From contig MU271683.1 in the NCBI GenBank assembly GCA_021432655.1, positions 1 to 32,366 of the forward strand: a stretch of DNA of 32,366 nt, read 5' to 3'. This document shows positions 19,371 to 32,366 of this stretch, piece by piece. Within the stretch, counting starts at the first letter, position 1. Each line of letters begins with the position of its first letter. Under the pieces are notes generated by a model that saw only the letters and a list, made by a program, of their open reading frames with translations, was not told where the DNA came from and made no database searches. Position numbers and translations under genes: made by a program. Source of the stretch: Atractiella rhizophila. Taxonomy: Eukaryota.

Positions 19371-21793
19371 GTGTTTAAGATCGGCTGAGGGGCTGGCTAA
19401 GGGGCTTTAAGGACCATCCAAAATAGAGAAGACCCAGAGGACTACAACAAAACAGGACTAAACAGTTCTTGAAATCAGAAAGGATCTCTTATTCTGTGAT
19501 TCCTTCCTTCCCTGCTAGAAGGGGTTAAAATATAGCAAATACAGCTTCCCAAGCATTTCAAAACCTATTAATTGAGAACTGAAGCGGTACTGAAGTCGAA
19601 AACGAGCCAACAAAGAGAAGAGCCAGTGAGCACAACGAACTTGGCAAAGTTCCAAGGCAATCCACATCACGTGAAGACTCTGAAGAGGACTAAGTGCCAC
19701 CAACTGGACAACGGAGCAGAACCGAGACGCCCACCCCAACACCCCAACGGTCACGAGTTCGAACTCTCCCTTGCTCTTAACATCCTCCCATCATCATCAA
19801 CATCTCCTCCCCTTTCGTTGCTTCCCACAACACCTCTTTTCTCTTCTTCGTCTCTGCCACGTCGTCGCCTAAAATCAATCCACATGAATCAAATACATGT
19901 TGTGGCAAGCATGTACTTCTCAAAGTAAGCTACTCATGTTGTTCAATTGCTGCCAGTCATTTAGACAAAGTTGGTGAACAACATTTTGGCGTAGAACATC
20001 GACGCCATTCATTGGTGCTCTTTTGTTGGATCTGAGATGTATTCAGAGGAGAATGAGAAAATAAGCTTTGAGACAGACTCACTGTTTGCAGAAAGAGGTG
20101 CCTTTTCTTCTCGTTCAGGTAAACTAACATTGTCACAACGGTATCTTAGAATCGGTAATCCTCCAACCCTGTTGCGGTTCTTGACCCTCAATATCCTCTC
20201 ACGTCTTCGGCAACCAGACTTTTGTGCCCCAGCTCGCTGTCAGTTTCAATGCGAAGGGGCGTGCAGCGTTGGAAAGGGATCCTTGGATAGCGATAGAACT
20301 CGGATGGTGAGAAGGAGGTGCTGGATGGGCCCGGGACGGCGACATGAGATGAGGGGCACGGGCGGCACATCAGTGGCTGCACTGAAGTCGTCTGGTATCC
20401 CTGTCGCCTGTCTGCCCCTTCTGTCTCACTACCCCGCGCTCCTATCATGGTCTGGGATCCATTTGCGATGGCCAGGAGTGACAGACAGTGTAAGAACCGC
20501 TGGAAGGTGAAGTGGAGGCAGAGATATAGCTAGGAGGGTGACAGAAAGTGTAGGACACGTCCTACATCGATCCTCGGCCCCCTCTGTCACCTCTGTCCCC
20601 CCCTTTCGGTGACGACCAGAAACGGGGGCGAGGGAGCAAAGAACCGTTGGCTTGTGTAGTAAGTACCTTTATACCTGGAGACGATATGGGTAGGAAGGGA
20701 AGCCCAATTGCGGCCAGAATACGAAGGAAGGCGGAGAGATTGGCGGAACCGGAAAGGGAAGGGATGACACTGGATGACGGGGAGGAACAGGAGGTGGAGC
20801 AAGAGAGTAATCGACACAAATGAGGTTGCGAATGATGTCACGGTGCACGGGAAGAGGCGTGGGAGGTCTTCTGGCCGCCCCTGCCACCTCTCTGCCCCTA
20901 CATCTCCTCTGCTCTCCGTTTCACCGCCCGAACTCTCCGTGCCCTCCGCAATCACTATCTCATGGCCAGGTTGGGAGAAGGTGCAGCACTGGCAACAGGT
21001 GGAGTGTAAGTATATGTGTAGCCTATACAAGGACCTAATAGTGCAATCTATAAATTATTTGCATTGTATCTAAGCAATCCCTGGAACACTAGAAGTGCAC
21101 TGATTTTGCGTACTAGCATGACACTGAGAATGCACTAACTGTGCACTGCAAAGTGCGAAATTATCTTCATTCAAAAATCACCAGCCAGGCACTGAAGGCA
21201 CTAAGTGTCGACTGCTGCGGAGCCAAAAATCGTCCCTAAACTGATCTAACTCTGCACTGTTTTGGGTGATGGTGCACTGATAGTGCATTGAGTGACTACA
21301 GCTGCACTAGGTCCGCCTGCAAAGTTCCAGGGCTTCACAGTTAACTCTATTTACCACATGCCTGATAAAACTTTCTAGACCATTTGTCACATATTCCAGA
21401 ATATGAGTCATACTCCATGAGCAAACCCTGACAGTAACCTATCTGGTATGATCAATACTTGTCATCTTCATCTCACTGAATTCTTTCCAGAGATTCTGCT
21501 CTTCAAACTCTGTTCACACCCCTTAGATTAGTGTATCTAGTTTCAGTGTTTTAGATATGTTATCTTTATGCCTTATGCTCTGTCCTCAGGCATATCATGT
21601 TTTACTATTATCATTCTGGCCTGGACTTCACTTCAGCTCCTGAAGTTGTTTCAGCTTCCAAGCTCTTGTAACAGAAGTAGACCAAAAACATGTGTGAAAT
21701 TAACAGGAAGTGTGGAAACATAGGTAAGATCTGAGAGCTAGCCATGAAAAACTTGTAGAGGCATATTGGCACAAATGGAGGCAATTACAGGAC

Positions 21794-24452
21794 TCATTCA
21801 GAAGCTGATTCCATGACAAAATGAGGTGGGCTGAGATTTATCTCGCTCTCCCCGGCAGCATGTGAAGATCTTTGATCACTCCTCTTGGGCACTTTGCTCC
21901 ACCAGTCCAGGGTTGTCCACTCAACAATGCCTTTATCGTCTCCCTCAGCTGTCTCCAGATTAAGATTGTCGAGTAACTCGATGTGGTCCCTGAGATTCCC
22001 CCTTTTTTCAGGCTCGACCTCTAAACCCACAACCACTATGGCATATATGCTCTGCGGTAAAATGTTATCTGTGTTGTTAGATGAAGTGAGTCCTGTTCTC
22101 TGCAAAACATCCTCAGGTACTGGTGCAGGACACAGTTTCTTTCGTTTCTCAAGTATAAAGCAGGCTGTTACTGCGAATGCAAAGATATCCGATGCAAACG
22201 TCCAGGTTGGTGTTCTTGTGCAGATTTCCGGAGCATGCCACCATTGATAATGAGGAACGCTGGCTCTGAACGATGTTGCAGCCTCATCAACAGTCTGCCC
22301 TTCGCCAAAGTCAATTAAGAGTGCCGTATCTTCTGAATCATAACCATCTGGCTGATACAAGAATGTGTTTTGGGTCACCATGATATTATTCAGGTGAAGG
22401 TCCCTACAACAATTTGATCCAAAGTTATGCTAGTCCTGAAAGGTACAAACCTGTGAATGATGCCTCGTTTGTGCAGTGAGTGGAGACCATTGGCAATGCT
22501 ACTTAGCATACCAATCACCAGACTCCAAGATTGATGGAACGACGTATGGGGCAGCTTCTCCTCTATGAAATCCATTATGCGACCTGCATTGGCGAACTGT
22601 GAGACAAGGACTTGGGTCTCACCAGCTGCTGATAATGAGGCAGAGGTATTTGGTAGGGTGACACTGGAAATGCCAAAGAACTCGGCTGTACCAACTGCTG
22701 AACTGCCGACCCCAATGTTCATACGCAACTGGGAGCTGATGTAAGCCCTTCCCATCGTCCTAGAGAATTGCACATGCTTACCTCTTGTTGGAACTTTAAC
22801 TCGTCCTGCAAACTGTTTCCCAGGTTCGACTGGAGGACTTTAACAATAACCCCAACTTCCTTTTTCCCCTGACCTCTAGACAACAGGATGCTGCCTGGCC
22901 TCATCCAGGTCGCTCTGTACACCGTCCCATTCTTGCCCTTGCCTATGTAGTTCCAATCAATTTTCAATTGGCACGACGGTATGTGCCTGAGAGGATGAGT
23001 CAACATTCGATCAGAAGCCTGGTATTGTTGATATTCCGGTGCTGGCTGCATGCTCGCCTCGGTCACGTTTCGAAAATATTCCAGGGCCCCAATATCGGTC
23101 TCGAATTGTTGAAGATTTCGGTACTGCATCCCAGGGATAGTTTCAAGAAGAAGAAGCTCGCCATTCAAAGAGTTCCAAGTAAGACAGGAATCCGTCTGAT
23201 ATTGGTGGTTAGAGTAACTACAAGTTCAAGTTGTCAGTGCTCACCCAAGCTTTCCAAAAGTCTGATTGCCTGTCAAAGAGTCTGGTATCTCCTACAGGCC
23301 TCATGGCAAACACCACCTTCCCATTTGGACTAAAATGGCCAGGAAAGTACTTATTATTGTCCAGACAGCACCCAAACACCTCATCCTCTGTATGGAGCAT
23401 GTGCCCAGTAAATGGAGTCACCATGCCAGGATCCCACTCAACCCAGCGTAGATCTTTCGCTTTAAGATTGAGGTGGTCCATATATGGAATGTTCATGGCT
23501 GAGGTGATTTGTTTGATCTGATCTATTGGTACCTCATGCAGATCGTCAGGAGATAGAATGCCAATACTATGTTTTATAGCCTGTGTCACCAGTGACCAGT
23601 CTCAGATCGGTGCAGGATGGTTAGTACAATTTTACAAACCTCTTGCATGGTACTAGCCCTTGTGGACCGTTCATGATCGCGGTAAACAGATTCCACAATG
23701 TCTAATACTGACCCACCCATCCCCTGATGCCATTGATTGATCTGATCTGTTGTTGGTAACTCGCAGAGATTGTCAGGAGATAGAATGCCGATACGTTGCA
23801 TGATCTCTTCCACATTCTCAAATCGGACAGGATGATTACTCGGCCTGGTAGACTGGTGATAAAAACTGTAAATCGATTTGAAAATGTCGAATGTTGGACC
23901 CTTGCACAACTCCTGCTGCCACACTAGATGATCTCTTTTCCACATCCAGTGAATGAGCCTCCAGTGATCTTTGTCATCTGGGTAGATTGCAGGGTGAAGA
24001 CAATCAACCGATTCATTGGCGACTAATACAGGGAGCTCCGGATTGGCGCTCTTCACTGCATCAGAACGGAATTGGTTCTCTGCGTGGCCACGTCCGATGG
24101 CCCTCCAGTGCAAGTAGTCACCATAAGCTCGTTCGAAGCTCCCTCCGTAATCTTTCTTGACGAGATCCTGTTGCAGTTCCTCTCTCAGAGGCACGAAGAA
24201 TTTCTCCACCCAAACCCATCGCTGAAAGATGTCGTCGATGTCCAATGGCCAGGCAGTGGGTAGGGTTGCAGCAGCGGCGGGTTCAATGATTTCGCACAGG
24301 AGTTTCCTCTCGAACGCAGCCAGGGGCACAAAGAATGATTTCATGATAAGTGAACAGTCCAGTTTCTGTACGGTTTGCTCGATGGTGGCTTGCTGGTGTC
24401 GAAATGGGGGCAAAACACCATTTGGGCATCGGAACATATAAACGGCTGACAT
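21794..24452 (-). CDS. Protein kinase (TKL-like) with a long uncharacterised N-terminal region, 5 exons, about 815 aa
   Basis: ORF pieces splice across short GT-AG introns (e.g. 23581-23639, phase 0). IGKGKNGTVY, VIVK, spliced HRDLHLNN, IDFG, WHAPE and SDIFAF are all present. Confidence 0.85.
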
Positions 24453-24632
24453 GATCTAGGAGCCTTCAATGGATCAGGGTTAACAGATGCTGAGGGGTGA
24501 ACGGCAGTCGTAATTCCACCAACCTTCTCCCAAACCGTCCAGGGACCGACGCTTCTTTTAAATATCAACATTCTCGACCCTGCAAGTTGTCAGGGCCATC
24601 CTCAAACTTCTTTTAATGCTTTTAATGCAGGC

Positions 24633-26606
24633 ATGGCCGACGTTGTAGGCAGCCTCACTGCGAGTAAGACGGGCGTGGAGACTATCGTGTACATCATCAG
24701 AACAGTTCGAAATGTCCAACGATTTGAGAGAGAGTGCCAGGGGATTCAAAAGCTCGTGGGGCTCATACAAAATGTGTTCGATTCCTTCAAGGCAGCAAAT
24801 ATACCCTTAGAGACCACAGATCGTGTTCAGAACAATTTATGCGAAGTCAAGGATTTCGTTATCGACTGCACACAGAAATCAAGTTTCGCACAGAGAGCGT
24901 GGGAGGTGATTTGGAGAAAAAGGCTCCCTAGGCTGATGGCGGGCTTACAGGAAACAGTGCTTTGGTTTCTCATGGACGCTGCTGTAAGTACTTCTCTCTG
25001 GTTCATTGATTCTTGGAATGACGGAGAGCACTTAGGCTCACGGCGTGATGGTTCAAGAACTGCTCCTGGACACTAGTCGAAATATTCATGACACTGTGAT
25101 CGGCATGAAGGCTACACTGGACCAACTCGCCGCCAAGGCTGTCATTGAGGAGAAAGGACAGATTAGCAATAGAACTGCTGCTGAATGGGACATTGAGTTT
25201 CCCCTGGAGGACAAGCGTCTCAAAGTGTCTCGAGACGACAAAGGAACGCTAGCGGGGACCGTTCAGTACCACGGCTTAACTAGCCAGGTCATCCTCCATT
25301 CCATCAGCAATCACCAGAAGGAGGATCCCTTTGGCGGCGGTCCTCGCCATGTCAGAATATACTCCAAGCTTTCTTCAGCTAACACCGCCGTCGAACGGTT
25401 TCACGGCCTGGCAGAGCTTGAGACGGGGAATTACTACGTGGTGATGGAAGATCTAAGGTCCGCCAAGTCGCTCGGAGCCTCCCTGCAGGATACGGCCAAA
25501 TTTGAGGACGTGAAGCTCAGAATACGGATGGCGTATGAATTGGCGAAAGCGATTGCCTTCCTACATTCCGTGCGAATCTTAGTCAGGTCACTTTCCGATG
25601 AAACTGTCAAGTTAGTACAAAGGGACGGCAAATGGAAACCTGTCTTGACGAATCTTGGAGAAGCCAGACTAGTAAGGCTGCCGTGCAACCCATAAATAAC
25701 CTTTCATGCTCACGGGTACAGTTATTTGAGGATACCTTGGAACAAAATGCAGATATGCGCTTCGAGGCTCCAGAGTACCACGATAGCCGCGTTCATAGTC
25801 AGGAAACTGATACATGGAGGTGCGTTGAGAAAGAATGCTCTGCCGGATATAGAAATAATGATTCGTGTGACAGCTTCGGAGTATTACTCTGGGAACTTCT
25901 GAATCTCAGACATCCGTTCGGGCATCCTGAACCCGTCTTCCGCTCACGCGACGCTGAGGCGTACCCAGCAGTGTCAATTATACAACAATTACAGAATGGC
26001 GGAATACCATGGACAAGGAAGGATAACACGCCGTTCCCTGGCCTTTCCGTGCTTGTCACCAGCTGCTGTCATCCTGAGCCTCGCTTGCGACAACCGATGT
26101 CATCAGTCGTGCGATCGCTTTGCATGCTCATGCGCGACGATCCAGCCTTAATACCGACGCCGAGCCAGGATCAAGAAGAGACGAAAGTACGAGTCCATTC
26201 ATACTTGGCGAAGAGAAAGTTGGTAGACAAACGGGATGTTGATGTCCTTCGAGATTTATCAGACAAAGGCGACCCCGTCGCTTCCGCCATTCTCGGGGCG
26301 GCTTACTGGCGGGGAATGGTGGCGTTGGAGGACGAGGATTTGGACGGCGAGACTATTATAACCTTTTCCCCTGAAGATCGAGATATTGGTACGTAACTTG
26401 TTATGTTATCGTCCAGAAGTAAGGCATAATAATAACCCTAACCAATGACAGAGAGGAAAGCTCTGCGTGCGCTTCCACTCCTGACGTTTGCTGCAACTGC
26501 AGGGAAAGGAGAGGACAAGTCAACTGTCAAGGATATAACCCTCATCCATAAAAAGCTGTGCACAATATATGGAAATCACTACCAACAATTGGCTTCTGTA
26601 CGTTAG
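24633..26606 (+). CDS. Pseudokinase with N-terminal helical-bundle (MLKL/HeLo-like) domain and C-terminal Sel1/TPR-like helices, 5 exons, about 585 aa
   Basis: Exons about 24633-24983, 25036-25671, 25722-25819, 25874-26388 and 26452-26606. The kinase C-lobe is recognisable (RMAYELAKAIAFLHS, RFEAPE, TDTWSFGVLLWE, P..RQPM) but HRD is VRS, DFG is NLG and there is no VAIK lysine. KGDPVASAILGAAYWRG is Sel1-like. Confidence 0.8.
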
Positions 26607-29600
26607 TTCTCCATCTTGTTGGGAATGTTACTTTGGTGCAATCTCAGAAATATGTCAATAATTACTACTAGCACAGTGCACAGTTCCATGGCATTCTCAC
26701 CGATTTGTATGTGATGACATTAGCTTGTTTGAGGAAAACAGGCAAGACGTTCTTTGCAAAGCCAATGTTAAAGCATAGAAAACAAAGTTCTGGTCCGAGT
26801 CCAATGCGCATGAGTAGCTGCAATATCAGGGTTTGATAATCCTCCATCCCCTTTCCCATGTTCCAAAGACCATTTCATTAGTTGGCAATTTGTTCGAGGT
26901 GGTACGGATTATAACCATGAAAGCTACCATTGTTTCTCGCGGATAGATGATCCACTTGTGGAGGACAACCGGAGAGACTCGGAGACGCCCGTAAATGAAG
27001 GAGAGAAGGCGAGAATGTTCGGTTTGAGAGAAGTGTGCGAGCAATATTAGAGTGTGAATAACTCACAAATGACAACCACCAAAGTGCACCTGTTTCACTC
27101 TTCCCTTTCTCCTCCTTCAGCTTCCCTGTCAACCACTCTGCACCCGTCGCTACTATATTCCTCCATCACTTGCGTCTTCCTCCCCTCCGTCATCCTCCCT
27201 CATTCAGGTCCGACCTCATTTGCCTTAGGTGGAGACGGAGATTCCTGTTCCCTTTCCTGCTTCCCACCCTGAAGCCCGTGAGCAAGGATTCTGAGGAATT
27301 GCACTTGTTGCCATCTGAGAGGGCGATCGTTCGTTGATGGAAGAAGGACGCGGTTCCATCGAGGCGGCTTCAAACTCGTCTTCTTCCTCAGGTCAAGCCA
27401 ATGTAGTCATTCGAATGGAAGAATGTTTCTCGCTTCGAGGGCTGGGAGTACGGAACGATGAGCTAACACCCTGGGATCCTTGTGAAAAGCGACGGAGAAC
27501 GAAATCTTTGACTCTGTGCCGAACCGTGTGAGGCCATGGACGATGCAGGGTGACGGGGAGGGATCGGCAAAGGGAGTAAGGGGAATTGCGATTTGTATGA
27601 CATTTGTTTATGGTCGGTCTTGGGATCGATGGGAGTGAATGGAGAAGTAGTCGGAGTGAGGAGCATAGCGGAGTCGTCAAAAGCTGTCCCAAATATGCAA
27701 CGTCAGTTTCCGAATCCATCTAGTAGCGGAACAGCATCGATGCAGACCTGAAGAGGAATACTACATCCTGCGAAAGATGACATTCCGACAAACGGCTAAC
27801 AAAGCCAGTTGGCGCTGAAGAGGAGAAGTTCCATCGCACAGTGATAGTGAGGGGGGCATTGCAAGGTACTAAACTTCGTGTGGTAGGCAAGTCCGTCATT
27901 CAAATGAGATTGTTGGAGGATGGAGCTGTCTTGTGTGTTGATATTCGTCGAGAATGTTTGAAGCTTGACGGGTAGCGGGTAGCGGGAGCATAAGGTGTGC
28001 TAATGGTCAGTTTCTCAAGCGTCTGAGTCCAGCAACATCGTCTATCTCCTTTGTCTTGGAGAAGAAGGCATACCAACGATGATTTCGTCGCTTGATACCC
28101 TCGCCTTTACCAACATGTTGGCTGCCAGCACTGCTGAGAAGACCGTGCAAGTCATCCCAGTCCCAGGTTAGACAGCGTGGCGGAGCCACGACGATATCCC
28201 ACTCTGCTTGCTGCTCCATCACATCACAAGGAATCAGCGCGGTGGAGAGTAAATAATGCGAAAGTAGGGAAGACAGACAACATGGTCACCTCATTCCACA
28301 AGAACCCTCCCTCATATGCTGCCTCCCATCTCGCAGCCTTTCCTCCTCGACACCCTTCTTCAATCCTTGCGCATACTCTTCAGCACTCCATCTCGACGTC
28401 TGCTCCCGCTTTCCATCCATCCTCCTCCTCTCTCAGCAAACACATTAGAGAATGAGGAAGTGTGCCTTTCCCGAATATCCCAAGTGGTGCCAGCGAGCTG
28501 GCTGGGGATATAGGAGGCGAATGACGCAGGCGAAGGATGGCTCGCTCGATGCATTGCTCACAAGGATGGCGAAGTGAAACGAGGGGGGAGCAGAGAGGAG
28601 GGACAGGATTTGGGGTGTACAGGATGGTTGAGAGGAGGTAAGTCGTCTATCCTAATGTCCTCCAGAGAGCCCGTAGAATGGTTACATGATGCCTGGCAGG
28701 AGGAAGAGCAGCAAACGGTAGGTAGGTGGTGGATGTGTTTCACCCCTCCCGCTGCTTCGTCCTCTCCTCTTCCTCCTCAGAATATGTATGCGCCTTGAAA
28801 CAAATCCTCCTCACCCGCTCCCTACGCTTTCTCCCTCACCAAATGCACCTCGAGCAACTGGTCACCCTCTCTGTCCTTCTCGTCCCCGTCTGCTGCCTTC
28901 GTAATCAATCTCTGTCATACTACTCCAACAGATCTATCGGTCCGGATTCAATGGAAGGAGGAAGGAGAGAGAAGATGGGGATGATACATCTTCGTCGAGT
29001 GCGGTACGAGTAGGCCTCTTCCAATGCGTGTTGTTGGGAGGCTCTGCGGTACGTTTGGTAGTGGTCCGTCAAACCGAAAGCGAAGGCAGCAGCAGAAACG
29101 AGAAGCGGAGGTGGAGATGAAATTTGTGTGTGGAGAGTTGAGGCTTGAGGAGGTGTCGAAGAGTGCCTGTGCGGGGTGGGGTCGTTGGGATTGGGAGGTG
29201 GGAGGGATGCCAGTGATGAGCTTTGGGTGGGGAAGGAGAGGAACAGCGCCGCTGGTGAGGCAGTTGACGTGGCGCGTCATGGCCATTGGTGCATGGTGGG
29301 CTGTATCTGGGCAAGATTAAAGAGCTGGGCGTCGAAGGAGTCGCTGACTTCCGAGCCAACTTGAATGACGTCGTCCATCCCGCAAAGTCCGCATTAGAGT
29401 TAGCCGCTCCATTCACGTCGGCCTCCCATTCTCCATTCTCGATCTTGCTCCGGCTTCCAGCCTCTTTGTCCTGCTACTTCTCCCTCTCCTTCGAGCTCCT
29501 TCCCCATACTCCTGACTCCAGAGCTGCACACGCCTGCCGTCTAGGAGCGGTTTTTCTGTCGCCCTTCCCCGCCGTACTGTCATCTTTCACGCTCAAGCAA

Positions 29601-31710
29601 GTCAGCGAGCACGCAGCGCACTGCATGATGCCCATATGTGGCTAACGGCCAAAGGGGTGACGGTAGGGGAAGGTCTAATGGGTAGGAGCAATCTGGAGAG
29701 TAAGACAGCAGAGGACATGTTCCATTGCTCTCAATAAGTATTATGCTTTTGACGCTGGTTCGCTTGCGGTGGAGGGAAAGCTGGATGAGGTCTTAGAACG
29801 GATCGTGAGATTATGAGATTCGTGTAGGAGGAAGAAGAATAATCCGGTCTCAAGATGAACTTGGAACGGGAAAGGCTGTTGTGGTCACAAAGACTCATCG
29901 ATCGAGGTAAGTCCTCGTTCCTTCCTTTCTTTACGGTGGTATTAACGTTCTACTACTCAGATCGTTTGATTGCAGCTACTGCCTTCAGATGCACGAGAGT
30001 GGCAACAGCGCGCGGACACTGGACCTACGCCGCTCCGTCTCTGATTCGTCCCTCCGTCCTCTCCAGAAGGCGTCCAACATCCCCTGCTCTTTCACCCCTC
30101 CTACTCCAGCTGCCCACAATCGTTCCCTTGCAGAAGAGGATCTGGAATTCTCTCAAAGCACCTCTTCCATCTAAGACAACAGAGGCACAACAACATGGCG
30201 GAGCAGAGTATCGCATTATATCCTGTCCCTCTATCATGCGGTCTAGCAGCAGGGCAGGAGGAGAGAGCAAGGAAGAATAGGTTGGGGGAGGTGTTGAATG
30301 TTATGAAGGCGTCGAGGGTTGAGAGCGGCGTGTTGAGGCGCCGGAGGAGGGTTCGCATTCGGACTCTGAACAGAATGTGAACGAGTTCTGACAAAGGGAG
30401 GACGGTAGGTCTTCAGAAAGGATGACGAGATTAGCGGACTCATTCTATGTTGTGTAGAAGCACGCAGAAAAGCTAGTCCAGATTCGTTAAGCTGGAGTAG
30501 GCAGAGGGGCGGAGCGGAGAGTTACTAGTCTACCTTCGTCCTCCCTCTTCCGCTCCTTGTCGCACTTCCGTTCCTCCACCTTTCTATCCTTTCTATTCTA
30601 CTTTGCGACTTTGGACCATTCAGATTGTTTGTTTCCGACTTGTTTTTCGCCTCCAATTCTGGAAAGTCAAAGCTGACCATGGATTGAACAGACTGTTCAC
30701 AAACCTACCAGCAACATCTGCTCCGTCACCATTGACGTTCTCGTGGCTGACATATCGTGCAAGAGACGATAACAAGAGACAGTCAAGAGCATGCTGCACA
30801 GATAGGGGAGAGTGACCAACATTCGGTTTATCGAAGTGAGTTCGCTCGTAGGCGGGAGGCTGCAAGAAGTACAGAGGAGCGACCGTTGCAGCGAATACCA
30901 AGTAGGTTGCACGCTCCAATTCGAGTGCGTCTCCCAGATCATGCTCTTTCATTCAATATCTAACCAGGCTGTTTTACAGCTAGTCCACTCAACTGTTCGA
31001 TCCCAAACGCGCTCCTCAACCCGTTGACTTCAGAGCTCATTTACTGAATATTGTCATTCTATTACAAACATGTATGTGGATAAGATGGAAGCAACAACGT
31101 GGACATTGAAGAAGCAAACGATTGAACGGAAGTCTTGGGAATATCATGGTATGTGAAGGCCGCTTTTCTTCATTGTCGTTTGTAGATCGGTGCTACAGTT
31201 GTCGTCAAATGGACAAAGACATCTGCAGTTGTCGCCCAAGCTGAGCCATGCCTCGTCTTCTGCTATTCACTGTGCAGAGAAGTTCAATTGCTTTTATCCT
31301 GTGCTCATACGCAAAGTCGCAATCGGAGCCCTCGCACTTTATTCTTATTCCTCGCTTCCTGTCGTGTCACCTTCCCGTCTGTCAATTCCAGGACTCGGCT
31401 TCGCAATGAACATGCAGAGTCATGTTTCATTCACAGTTGCTGAGTTGCTGTCAAAAGGCAGATTCCTCTATTGTACATTTACTCAACGAATCTACTCTTG
31501 TGTAAACGTCAGAGTAATGCACTTGAAGCCCCAGTGCAAGTGGTATTGTCCTAACCCGGAATCTAAGCATTGGACAGGGCTAGCGAAATCAGTCGTGTAG
31601 TCCCCTGTGTGTTCGGAGGCACGTCCTGTAGTCATGGACTGCTGAGAGCGATATGCGTCTGGATCTAGTAGCTCAAGAGGTGGAGCCTGGATCGGACTGT
31701 GCCTTCAACA

Positions 31711-32366
31711 CTATTCGTCCCCTTCCCCTGGCTCCCAAATGCCTGAACTCGGGCTCTTCCTGTACTTTCCCATCACACTCCTCGCAATCGCAAGCTCCTC
31801 CGCACTCCACTGTCCAAAGAATAAACGAACCTCAAGATGTTTTCCTATCTTCTCTCCATCCTCCAGATGACCCTTCTCGATCCCCCTCACCCGCCAATCC
31901 CCAAAGAACCAGCGGATGACGTCTGGAGAGTCGAAGGAGTCCACTACACAGTACCGGAGTCTTATCCGCTTTATGCCCGTTGCATTTTTGAGGGTGCCGA
32001 AGAACTCGCGGGAAACGAGGTTTGACGTTTCTTCGCCGCCGTCAAGGAGCAGCTCTGTGAGGCTTGTGAGGTGTGATAAGTCGAGTGGAGTGGGTAGCAT
32101 GGTCGTCTTTCCATTGGCCGAAAAGGGGCCCAGCTCGATCTCGACATGTTCCAGAAGAGGCGGCAGAGGGTAGTCTGAGATGGAGGAAGGGAGTGGACAC
32201 ATATTGCAGACTTCGAGGTGTTTGATGGTATGTGGGAGGGAGAGCGATGGTTGAGGCGGGTACTTATAGAGGTCTAGGAATTCGAGGCGAGGTAAGCGAA
32301 GACCTGCTGAGGCTGAAGCCGGAGAGTCTTCCACATCCCAAGCTTTGAGCTGTCTGATCCTGTCAC
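31711..32366 (-). CDS. 3' part of an LRR/RNI-like (F-box-associated type) hypothetical protein; 5' end lies beyond the window
   Basis: Open frame running to the window edge with repeated LxxLxL motifs (LPRLEFLDL, TIKHLEV, LLEHVEIEL, LTSLTELLL, IKRIRL). A paralogous fragment is at 17696. Confidence 0.7.
   Translation of the reverse strand, partial: DRIRQLKAWDVEDSPASASAGLRLPRLEFLDLYKYPPQPSLSLPHTIKHLEVCNMCPLPSSISDYPLPPLLEHVEIELGPFSANGKTTMLPTPLDLSHLTSLTELLLDGGEETSNLVSREFFGTLKNATGIKRIRLRYCVVDSFDSPDVIRWFFGDWRVRGIEKGHLEDGEKIGKHLEVRLFFGQWSAEELAIARSVMGKYRKSPSSGIWEPGEGDE

Noticed and set aside
19500..21070. Short ORFs and possible gene fragments
   Set aside because: No consistent exon chain or recognisable domain could be built.
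26900..31600. Possible degraded or small genes (e.g. 27393-27719, 28000-29620, 29855-30380, 30620-30952)
   Set aside because: Coding-like composition and some splice-like sites, but broken frames and no recognisable family, so not supportable as features.

Overview
Eukaryotic, intron-containing fungal DNA. The 50-110 nt GT-AG introns with CTAAC/CTGAT branch points and the gene families suggest a basidiomycete; the taxon is my inference. From left to right the window holds: a right-handed beta-helix-type gene (minus) and a CoA-binding-domain gene (plus); a solo LTR and CpG-depleted relic DNA; a near-intact 8.9 kb Ty3/Gypsy chromovirus LTR retrotransposon on the minus strand (8765-17695; gag, -1 frameshift, PR-RT-RH-IN-chromodomain, Tf1-like self-priming PBS); more LTR remnants; a head-to-head pair of an apparently active TKL-like kinase and a helical-NTD pseudokinase with MLKL-like architecture; and the 3' part of an LRR/RNI-like gene. 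Two candidate novel systems stand out. (1) The retrotransposon carries a spliced antisense accessory gene with a variant Zn2Cys6 cluster. The element is also about 10-fold enriched in CGGCGA/TCGCCG (about 50 copies by manual count), suggesting a self-targeting regulator or anti-silencing system. (2) The divergent kinase/pseudokinase pair resembles a RIPK3/MLKL-type cell-death module. A duplicated 130-nt RNA structure with compensatory base changes sits at the end of pol.
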